Below are positions 12,201 to 21,992 of a DNA stretch of 64,000 nucleotides, in pieces. The stretch is from the NCBI RefSeq assembly GCF_001194135.2, contig NC_069007.1, positions 11,493,691-11,557,690 of the forward strand, given 5' to 3'. A program made the translations under genes and the position numbers. The DNA is from Octopus bimaculoides. Lineage: Eukaryota. How positions within the stretch are numbered: the stretch's first letter is position 1; every line of letters starts with the position of its first letter. The notes beneath the pieces were generated by a model. The model ran no database searches, was not told the DNA's origin, and saw only the letters and a list, made by a program, of their open reading frames with translations.

Positions 12201-12716
12201 ACATCAATATCACCAAGTTAACTGAAATAATTTATACTGCAGACATTGTTAAGGAGGAAATTAGATACTTCCTCGTATCTACTCAAATAGAAATATCAAT
12301 GTCAAAGCAAACAACATGGAAAATTAACAGAAATAGAGGGAACATAAGATGAAAGAATTCTCAGTTGTTACAGAAATCAATAAGAAAATGACATAATTGA
12401 GAAAAAAAAATGGAGAACCAAACCTTGCAGAAATGAACACCTTGAACAAGAGATCATTATTAAAGTACAGAGAATTCATTTGTACGAAAAATAACAATGA
12501 TTATTTGAATGAAACAAAGTTTGACTCCAACCCAAGACAATTTTAAGCTCAGTAAAAATAAAACAGGAATCAATACAACACCAACAGCAACAGATGTGGA
12601 GTGGGGTGGACAGCTAAAGAATCACCACTGATGATATTACTTAAAACAACCAGCACAGTACATTATTTACATTATTTACATTTGATGGATATTCGTCCTC
12701 ATCTTGTTTGTTGTTA

Positions 12717-12760
12717 ACACAACATTTCGGCTGATGTACTCTCCAGCCTTCATCAGGTGT
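12717..12760 (-). ncRNA. Minimal type-I hammerhead ribozyme motif
   Basis: ACAC-CUGAUGA-A-GGCUG-GAGAGUACAU-CAGCC-GAAAUGUU-GUGU: stem I ACAC/GUGU, intact CUGAUGA and GAAA cores, 5-bp stem II, extra A after A9, stem III is a CpG-decayed AACGUU palindrome, GUU cleavage triplet. Confidence 0.8.
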
Positions 12761-12819
12761 CCTGAGGGAATTTCAAACCTGGGTTCTTATTACTATGGTA
12801 TTTTTCCGATGTTATTACA

Positions 12820-12857
<38 letters not shown>

Positions 12858-12868
12858 CATTATTATTA

Positions 12869-13204
12869 GTGAAGGTGCATGGCTCAGTGGTTAGAGTGTC
12901 GAGCTTACGATCGTGAGGTTGTGAGCTCGAATCCCGGACCGGGCTGCATGTTGTGTTCTTGAGCAAGACACTTTATTTCACGTTGCACCAGTTCAGTCAC
13001 CTGTAGAAATGATTTGCGATGTCACAGGTGCCATGCTGCATCGGCCTTTGCCTTTCCCTTGGATAACACTGGTGGCGTGGAAAGGGGAGGCCGGTATGCA
13101 TGGGCGACTGCTGGTCTTCCATAAAGAACCTTGCCCGGACTTGTGCCTGGGAAGGTAACTTTCTAGGTGCAATCCCATGGTCAGTCATGACCGAAGGGGG
13201 TCTC
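12869..13204 (+). mobile_element. Full-length tRNA-headed SINE family C inserted in an (ATT)n run
   Basis: TGGCTCAGTGGTTAGAG (box A), GAGCTCGAATCCC (box B), CORE-like TTGTGTTCTTGAGCAAGACACTT; flanked by (ATT)n on both sides. Confidence 0.85.
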
Positions 13205-13213
13205 AGCAGCATA

Positions 13214-13267
<54 letters not shown>

Positions 13268-13340
13268 TCACTGCCTGGAATCAAACTCAGAAGCTTGAGA
13301 TTAGTAGCCTGTGCTCTTAACCACTACGCCATATGCACAT

Positions 13341-13559
13341 GTTCGATCCCAGGCAGTGACCTGAAAAATAATAATGATAACAACAACATTAGAAAAATAC
13401 CATAGGAATGAGAACACAAGTTCGAAATTCCCCCAGGACACCTGATGAAGGCTGGAGAGTACATCAGCCGGAAGGTTGTGATAACAACAAACAACATGAG
13501 GACAAATATCCGTCAAATGTAAATAATGTACAGAATACCTCATTTCTAAAATACAGAAC
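13341..13559 (+). mobile_element. Inverted, head-truncated second arm of the hammerhead-bearing element
   Basis: Starts at box B GTTCGATCCCAGGCAGTGACCTG and mirrors 12655-13290 in the opposite orientation. Confidence 0.85.
13438..13481 (+). ncRNA. Hammerhead motif, probably inactivated
   Basis: ACAC-CUGAUGA-A-GGCUG-GAGAGUACAU-CAGCC-GGAAGGUU-GUGA; the GAAAC core is mutated to GGAAG. Confidence 0.65.
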
Positions 13560-14433
13560 CAACACAGTGTTGAAACAACCATGGTAAATCCCCTGACACA
13601 AATGGTAGCTCTAAACTGCAAAAATAATAAAACCCCAACAGTTTATTGATACCAGGACAGGGATACAAAGTCCTAGCAGAGATATTTGATAAAGTACTGA
13701 TGGAGATAGGGTCTATAACTGACTGATTCATTGAGGGGAAGCTATCTTGCTTCCTAACCCTGAAAACTAAACCCATGACCCGGCTTTCTACAGCTCACAA
13801 CACCTTAATTGCAGTAATATCACAGAGAATGAAGAAGCATCTAGAAGAAGCATGTAGAAGAAGCGCTAAGGGCAAAAGAGCAAAAGATAGTTCAAACAAA
13901 GAGCAAAAGAGATGCTTCAAAGCTTCCTGTCTGTAAAGATGACTTGCAGATCAATAAAACTATAATCAATAAAAGCATGAAATTAAAACAGAATATATGG
14001 AATAACTGTGGAATATGTGGAGGTTGGCAAGAAACGGTCATGTTGTCACTGGTTACTTTGTCGTAGTCAAGTAGGAATACATTTACAGGTACAGCAGAGG
14101 AATCAGAGTTAACATTCATTGGAAATTATAAAATTTGTGAAATACTAACTGGGATGTGTAGATAGTCACTAAAAAGTATTCTTTGAAAACGACAAAGCAA
14201 CCATACAGAGGGATATCCCAATATACTTTGGAAGAGAGATCAGGAAAAAAAGACGTCTCCTATTTGTAGTATCAAGCTTAACAGGTGACATTGCATTTCT
14301 GAAAGAAATGGAGAAATTATTGAAATATATTGTTATATTCAGGATGGTCATTTTTGTAGGGGTTTTTTGGCCAAATAAACATGCACTATATATTCGTCCT
14401 CCACTGTTCTTATTTTAACTCATGTCCATTGTC

Positions 14434-14473
14434 CTGAAATGTTTCATCACACATCTATGACCTCTTCTGTCAG
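14434..14473 (-). ncRNA. Decayed hammerhead relic, left arm of the palindrome
   Basis: On -: CUGA-CAGAAGA-G-GUCAUA-GAUG-UGUGAU-GAAACAUU-UCAG; perfect 4-bp stem I, one core change (U4>A), CpG-type decays. Confidence 0.6.
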
Positions 14474-15090
14474 CACTTTCCATCCTCTGCTCTGTCTATT
14501 CGTTTCTTCTGTGTTGTATATCCTTATATGCACATGCATTTGTGTCTGTATTTGTGTGTGTATCATTGTTCTTAGTAGCACTATGATCCTCCCCTCACTC
14601 CCTCACCCCCATTCCCTCCCCTGTTGCTGCCCTTGACCCTAGCTTTCGGTACTGCTCCCGTTTCTTGTTGTGTTTGTGTGTTCACCCACACTGCTGCCAT
14701 CGTGGTTGTTGCTATTGTTGCTGATGTCATTGTTGGTCTCGTTGTTACGGCCGTTTGTGAAGTTACTGCATGTATGTTTGTGTGTGTATATACACACACA
14801 CAAATGGTTGCAACATCAACAATGCAACCAACAGTGACAACGGCAACAACAATAACTACCACAATGGCAGCAGCATTGGCAAATGCACAAGCACAGAGAG
14901 ATACAGGAACAGTACCAAAAGCCAAGGTCAAAGGTAGCAGTGGCAGGGGAGGGGAGGATCATAGTGCTACTAAGAACAATCACACACACACACACAAATA
15001 CCGACACAAACGCCTGCACATATAAGGATACACATCATAGAAGACCAGAACGGACTAAGCAGAGCAGGAACACACACAAGGACAGAAAGT

Positions 15091-15131
15091 GTCAATGAAG
15101 AGGTCACAGATGTGTGATGAAAGATTTCCGG
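15091..15131 (+). ncRNA. Decayed hammerhead relic, right arm of the palindrome
   Basis: aUGAAGA-G-GUCACA-GAUG-UGUGAU-GAAAGAUU-UCCG; the two arms together reconstruct CUGAAGA. Confidence 0.5.
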
Positions 15132-15599
15132 ACAATAGACATGAGTTAAAATAAGAACAGTAATAAACAAGTGAAGAACAAATGAATAGTGTTGCGTTTG
15201 TTTATTTTGCAAAACAAAACAAAAATGATCATTCTAAAATACAATATCTGTTTCAACACATGGTTTCACATCGGCATTCTTGCAACACAAATTTATAAAC
15301 GTATTGAAAGATAATGGTTTGGAAATACAGAGATAATCAGAATATGGAACATGAAAAAGAAATAAACCCTATAATAGGTGCCTTAGGATTGAAAAATAAA
15401 GATACAGACAAATACATAACTGCAGGACATAAAAATATACACAGCATATTGGGAATAGCAGTTGTAGTTGTGTACACATTAAGTGGAGCATTGGGGATAC
15501 TATAGAAAGAAGCCCTCTAAGTGGTTTTCTGCTAGTGTGTGACTCATTTGCTTGTGCAAAACCACTGTGAAGTGCTTATCTACCAATATGTGTCTGTGT

Positions 15600-16300
15600 G
15601 TGAAGGCGCATAGCTTAGTGGTTAGAGTGTTGCACTCACGATTGTGAGATCGTGGGTTCGATTCCCAGACCGGGCGTTGTGTTGTGTTCTTGAGCAAAGC
15701 ACTTCATTTCGCATTGATCTGCGATCATTTCGACATCTGAAATGCGGTACACAGTGCACCTGTACAAATAATGTCGATTTGATGGAGGGAGTGTGCTTAT
15801 CTCTCTTTTACTCTTTATTCTTTTACTTGTTTCAGTCATTTGACTGTGACCATGCTGGAGCACCGTCTTCAGTCGAGCAAATCGACTCCAGGACTTATTC
15901 TTTGTAAGCCTAGTACTCATTCTATCAGTCTATTTTGCCGAACTGCTAAGTTACGGGGACAAAAACACACCAGCATCAGTTGTCAAGCGATGTTGGAGGG
16001 ACAAACACAGACACACAAACATATATACACACATGCATATATGTATATATACATATATACGACGGGTTTTTTTCAGTTTCTGAAATCCACTCACAAGGCC
16101 TTTGGTTGGCCCGAGGCTATAGTAGAAGACACTTGCCTATGTGGTTGGTGAGCAAGCTCCTTACCACACAGCCACTCCTATGCCACAAACATTTGATCAC
16201 TACAAACAAATCATCTGTGTGATTGTTTGGTAAGAAATTGTCAAACACTCAGATGTCATCTAATGACGGGAGAGTTCAATTGTCAACAGGGCATAACTAC
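15600..16300 (+). mobile_element. SINE family C copy interrupted by a family B SINE
   Basis: Head TAGCTTAGTGGTTAGAG...GGTTCGATTCCC at 15610-15666; the body resumes after 16184. Confidence 0.7.
15801..16184 (-). mobile_element. SINE family B (tRNA head, CORE-like domain, internal TA/TG microsatellite, GTAAAAGA tail)
   Basis: Matches copies at 32382, 35263 and 43527; probably an octopus OR-type CORE-SINE (name inferred). Confidence 0.8.
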
Positions 16301-17060
16301 AGATTTCTGCCCTCACCACCGACTTTGAATGACCACAACTTTCAGAAAAATAGATATTTTTTAATGAAACTTTCTATGAATGCATGTTATATCAAGTAGA
16401 TTCCAAATATACAAAACTCTTTCAGTTTCTTCATTTTGTGTGTTTGTGCATCCGTATATAACCTTTGATGCCAGTTGTAAAATTTTGGGAAAAAAATTGA
16501 AAAGTTAAGGAGTGGGTGTATTAAAAAGTATAAAAGTAGATTTTTTTGCATATTCAGAATCTCCATTGGAGACAAGGTTGTAATCCATAGAGAAAAAAAG
16601 CACAAAGGGGTGGCATGCTTATTGTCAGTGTCTTCACACACAGAGATATATATATAATGAAAAAAGTTCAAACATTATAGAGATTATGTAGCAAATTATA
16701 CTTTACACATCTATATTTAACTGTGTGTGTATATTCCTTATTTTTGCTTCTGGTGTCTTCTGCCTTTCTATTAGAACCGTTTACCCGGGAATTTACTTTT
16801 GTATGCAACAGATAAGTCGTCTTAATAACATCTATCTGTGTACCAGACATTTAGCTGTTATTTTTAGTATGAGTTTTCTGGTGAGGGCTTCATTTGCCTT
16901 CATTGCCTGTTGCTTCAGTACAAATATTCAAATGCACAAACCCACAAAACAAAGAAAATGTAACAAATATGGATGACTTGTTCCAAAACAGCCCTGAGTG
17001 GGGAACAGTTTGCAAATATAACCCTCAGTTGTTTTTCCCTGCAAATTCCTATATGCTTGG

Positions 17061-17867
17061 AATCTACATAGTCCGAGGTATATTCATAGATAATTTCATT
17101 TAAAAATATCCATTTTCCTGAAAGTTAAGCAAATTGAAGTGGAGTCTGGTGAATTTTCTGAAAATCTTCCCCCACTTCTCTTAAAACACTTTCCCCCCAC
17201 AAAAAAACTTTCTATATTTGTAATCTACATAATATAATGCATATTTGGAGAAAATTTCATTAAAAAATATCCATTTTTCTGAAAGTTATGATTATCCAAA
17301 GTCAGTGATGGAGAGCTAGAAATCTGTAGTTATGCCCTGTTGATAATTGATCAATTAAATGAAATCTCCATATGAGTTTTTTTTTTCTCATACACACACG
17401 TTCACTTAGGTATATATCTTACACAAAGAGAAAACTGGAGAAGAATATAAAAAATGAAAGTAGCTTTAGAAACTCTTTTTTATCTGAAATTGTCACAACT
17501 GTAATGATGTATACATTTGTGTGTGTGTATAAAAAGCTGGTTACTTAATTACTATGTTGTCACTGACAAAACTGTTAACTGAAAGTGTTAATAAGTCGAT
17601 TTGAATCAAGAATATTCACATGAGATTTAAATGTGAAATATCAAGTCTTAATAAGGCGACTTGTTCCAAAAATGTCCAAAATATGTACTGGAAAATCAAT
17701 GTTCAATATACAGTTGTACCTCATTTAATTAATTGAGAAAAAGACATCTATCTCTGTATGAAATTTTTTTTTTCTGACATGAGAGTACCTTTAGAAATTC
17801 TTTTTATCAGAAATTGTCAAAACTGTAATGATGTATACATACGTGTATGTGTATAAATAGCTGGTTA
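17061..17867. repeat. Two pairs of degenerate direct repeats
   Basis: 17061-17129 resembles 17222-17290 (offset 161); 17461-17543 resembles 17786-17867 (offset ~325). Confidence 0.75.
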
Positions 17868-18208
17868 GGATGCCAAAGACAGGAAGTTCTAACACAGGAA
17901 GTTGAGAAAACGATTTGATGAAGTGAATCTTTATATATAGAGCAATATTATTTATTTTTAATGAAAAATAAATAAATCAAGACCGTATTATTCTTTCCAA
18001 GGTCAAATTATTCTTGTAGCCCATGTATGGTACAGATTGATGCAGAGGTTTGAGCGTGCATTGAGGACATACACACACGCATATATATACATGTATATAT
18101 GCATACGCACACACATATTCATATATATATGTGTATGCATATATTGTTTTGTTTCTGTGCATATCAGGTGACAGTGACCAATGTAGCTTTATGTAATTTG
18201 AGCGAAAG

Positions 18209-18241
18209 ATGGAAAGTTTCATAATGGTTGCTTTCATTGGT
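18209..18241 (+). CDS. Candidate first coding segment MESFIMVAFIG within a possible exon 18168-18241
   Basis: Acceptor ttgttttgtttctgtgcatatcag|G, ATG in aagATGG context, donor GGT|GTAAGT; no confident downstream partner exon found. Confidence 0.3.
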
Positions 18242-19065
18242 GTAAGTTTGACAATGTGAATTAACGAATCAATATATCACCAAACAATAAAGGTAAAGTT
18301 GGTATAGGTACAGAAAATACCCCAGGGTGTTCCTTATTCAAAAGATCATGGTTTACACACTTGTGCATAATGAAATGAAATTTGAAATGAAACATTTCTA
18401 AGTAATTTTGGCACAATAAATAGATGTTTTGTAAATATTTTCATAAATATTCTCAAAGTATTTCGAAGAAGAACTTTGTAATCACTTATTTTTAGTGAAA
18501 ACAATTGAACAAAGGCAAGTGAGAGAGTTGTGTGGAATCTCCTTAAATGGATTGTTAAGGTTACACATGTCTGTGAGTTACTCAACCACATACATACAAA
18601 TAAGCAGGTTGTTCAGTTGATCAAACAACTAAACAATGAAACTGTTAGTGATTTATTTACAAGTTTGAAAGAAAAAGATGAGAGACACATGGTTGGATGT
18701 GAGTTGAGGGAAATATACGATGATGGGATCATATAGAGACTTCCCTTGGTGGAGAAGCTGGGTAGATGATCAGGTTAGAATATGAACTAATTTTTCTAGG
18801 GTTTGGTCATGGGTGCTACTCTTGACTGTTTAATTTATAGGGTATCCAAGAATGATAAGGAAAAGTCAACCTCAAATTAGGGATTTAATTTGAGTGTTTG
18901 TAATAGGGCAAACTTTGCTAAAAACACCCACAAGCCAGGTGGTGGTATTAATTAGGTAATGGATTAAGTGTATAATTCAAGATTAAATCTATTACCCAGG
19001 TTGTTTTTGGTTACATTGATATTGTATTGACTTTTCAGGCAAAGTACTTTACTCTTGCCAGCTCA

Positions 19066-19560
19066 GTCCACTCGACTGTAAAGCAGAGAACACATTGTAA
19101 TATAGTTCATTGTGTTGTATTCATATCGAAGCCACTTCTAAACAATCTAGTCCACTTTACCATAAGTAGGTACCCAGTGTGGTATGGTTTAGGCCCAGTT
19201 AGCTGTAAATATGTACCTCAATGTGGTACTGCTGTTCAAGTCCACATACCTATCAGTAAGTACCACAGTATTATGAAGTTCTGTGTGTTACATTTATGAC
19301 CAAAGCATTTTAATTCTCAGAAACCACAGTCCACTTAGCTGTAAGTAGGCTCTACCATGTTGTATAGTTCTCTGTACTATTTCCATGTTCAGAACATTTA
19401 ACTGTCAACAATGCAGTCTTATCTAGCTTTAAGTGGGGACCACAATGTGGTGTAGATCATAGTACAGTGTCTGTGACCACCACTCTTGGCCAACAACAGA
19501 TTAGACCCACCAACTGTAAGTAAATAACACTGTGAAGTATGCTGCTTTATGTTATGGTGG
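19066..19560. repeat. Degenerate ~88-bp tandem repeat, 6 units
   Basis: GTCCACTTAGCTGTAAGTAGGTACC-like starts at 19066, 19150, 19240, 19329, 19416, 19504. Confidence 0.7.
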
Positions 19561-20600
19561 GGACCACATTAAACCTTCAGACTATCATGCTGTGTGATGT
19601 CTAGTGGTGGTAGCTCCATTACTTAGCTCTTTCTATATGGAAGGGAAGGCAGTCCTCCATCATTTTCAATGATGAGCACTAAGTTGCTTGCTCTGCAGCA
19701 CTATGTAATAATCATTAATGTGCACCTGGCTGAGTATTTCATTGATATGTGTAGCCTTAACATAATTCTTAGATTGAATTAATGAACTTCAGTGTGTGAC
19801 AAGGTTGAACCTTTGAAATACAGGTAGATTCCTGCAACCCTTTTCAGAGCCTGTAAGAGCAATGAAGGGGAAGGGCAGAAAATAGCTTCAGATAAAAACA
19901 TTGATAAAATATTTGCAACAAGAACAACCCTGATTACGACACATGGTTTCTGTTGACCCAGTTTTACTTGCAAGGATTGGGTTGGTCTAAAATTGTAAAG
20001 GACATTTATCCAAGATGCCATAGAGCTGAATAGAACTTGGGATCTCATGATTTTGACAAGAACTTCTTAAGTACTCAACCATGCTTGCATCCTTGTAAGG
20101 GCCTGGCAGATGTGAAACTGTTTATAGCCTCGTCCAGCCATCTTAGGTGTTACTGCTGTATTGTACAGTTGGCTGATGTCTCTACCAATAACATTGAGAA
20201 ATTAACTTGTTTTATTGGTGCAGCATTTAAAACTTGTTATGATAGAAAGGTATCTAAGACCATAGATTTGTTCCCTATCCTAGGGCATATCTGATTCTCA
20301 TCTGTTCAAGACTAAATGGAACTATGGATCAACAAAATAACAAAATTGATTAGATTAATATCTTGAATGAATGCAGTTCTCTGTATTTCTTAACTTTATT
20401 GAAGGTAAATGCATCACTTGTAAATAAATCACTTTTAATTACATCACCTGTATTTATGTCTTAAGGTAATTACAGTGGGAAATTCCTCATCAGACCAAAT
20501 ACATCATGGGTAAATTAGCCAAGATTTTTATCCACAACGGAAATACATCTTTGAATAATAAAGTTTTTATTTACAAAGTGAACAAACATATCACAATCCA

Positions 20601-20838
20601 CTAACAATCAAAATTTATTTTCTTAGCTTGTTCATTCATACCAGAGAGCCATTTTGAAAGGTTTAATGGGTTGTTTTTTAAACTTTTAAACTGACATAAA
20701 ATATTTAGATTTGATTTGTATACTGGAACACCAGGAAAAATGTCTGCAAGACTCAAAAGACAATGAAATGCTATTTTCCTTTCTTCATTTTCCAAATCAT
20801 CGTTAACAAAAAATAATTTCACCTTGGATGAGCATGAC
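20601..20838 (-). CDS. Candidate terminal exon (79 codons, ...LENEERKIAFHCLLSLADIFPGVP...)
   Basis: Stop-free frame from a tttatag acceptor to TAG, with AATAAA about 30 nt downstream (20566-20571); no upstream exon identified. Confidence 0.25.
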
Positions 20839-21517
20839 TATAAACTAAGTAAATTATGTTATCAAGACTGCTTACTTCATTGTTATATATAACAATGTGA
20901 GCTTAATTAATTATATTTTAATTTGATCTAACAATAGCAATAATAGTCTTGGAGTAAATAAATTTTGTGTCTTATATTAACAATGGGGAAAATATTCAAA
21001 GTCAAGAAACACTGACACCAAATTTACTCCCCTCCCCCACACACCTCCGTATACGCATAAGCAAACATAGACATACTCACACACACATTTGAACAGGAAA
21101 AAAAATACAATGAAAATTATTTTTAAAACTCCAATCACGAAATAAGACAGTAAAAATCTAACACTCTTTTAAATTGGAACAAGAAATAGTGTAAAAAGAC
21201 CAATTGTAAACAGAGTCTTTGAAATAATCCTATGTTTCATGATATTAATATTTATTGATGACAATGACCAATTCTTGTTGTTCTTGTTGTTGCTGTAACA
21301 TAAAATCTTTTGCAGTTTTTTTTCTTTTTTTTTGAATTTGTACTGCTACACCAACAATATATTACCATTAACATACCACCAACACACTTCCAACATTTTA
21401 CCATTCCGTTTCTGCATTCTTGCTTCTTTTTTTTCCAAGATTTCTATAATAAATTTTCAGTTTGTAGAATGGAAAGGTGTGTTTGTCTTTGAATATCTTT
21501 GTTTAAAGAAACAGGAT

Positions 21518-21552
<35 letters not shown>

Positions 21553-21992
21553 TCTTGCAAATGCAAACTTGGAATAATGTTTAGCAATGTCCTTACTCAA
21601 TGGATAAGAATTACGACAAGGAAGTTCCTGATGCTGTATTTGGGCTGATAACGAATTTACCTCTGATATATCTTTGGGTTTACAGTGTAATTAGCTTGTA
21701 ACGAAATTAATTAATTATTAAAATAATATGTGTTGTATTTACTGCAATGTAATTATCAGTGATAAATTAATGGAGAACCATTCTGTAGCACCATGTACAA
21801 TTGTAAAAAGTGAAGCAGAAAACTGAAGGAATTGGTAAGGTTACATCAGCAATATCATTGGTGAAAAATCTGTTGTTGTTGTTGTTGTTGTTGTTATTAA
21901 GCCCTTAATAAAGCCTGACTGAACAGACCTATAATCATATGTGATCCAACCATGATCCTCCAGTAATTTTTAAATATTGGTGAATGATATGT

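Larger units (their letters stand above)
12655..13341 (-). mobile_element. tRNA-headed, hammerhead-bearing element, full-length arm (interrupted by SINE C at 12869-13204)
   Basis: On -: CATGTGCATATGGCGTAGTGGTTAAG (box A TGGCGTAGTGG, 13321-13331), GAGTTTGATTCC (box B, 13277-13288), (AAT)n, then a body with a hammerhead core at 12717-12760. Confidence 0.85.
14320..15256. repeat. ~940-bp imperfect palindrome (head-to-head inverted duplication) centred at ~14790
   Basis: actgttcttattttaactcatgtc (14403) mirrors gacatgagttaaaataagaacagt (~15138-15161); homology continues inward and outward; centre tgtgtgtata|tacacacaca; mirror-image ORFs 14581-14931(-) and 14624-15025(+). Confidence 0.9.
12150..15505 (+). 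mobile_element. Fragmented R4/Dong-like (RLE-type) non-LTR retrotransposon relic, interrupted by younger insertions
   Basis: NINITKLTEIIYTA (~12200); TLIAVISQRMKKHLEE (13802); KEQKRC...CKDDLQINKTII (13898; R4-type EQKGC...CKxQLLIxKxI); IQRDIP...LLFV (~14203); PIIGALG near the C-terminus (ORF 15314-15505), typical of the RLE-domain end. Confidence 0.7.

Noticed and set aside
13261-13336. tRNA gene (also the heads at 12869, 15600, 33327, 49709)
   Set aside because: Boxes A and B are present but there is no acceptor-stem closure, and the sequences continue into repeat bodies: SINE-type heads, not functional tRNAs.
19670-20130. Possible minus-strand RT relic (ORF 19779-20048)
   Set aside because: No diagnostic motif could be read with confidence.
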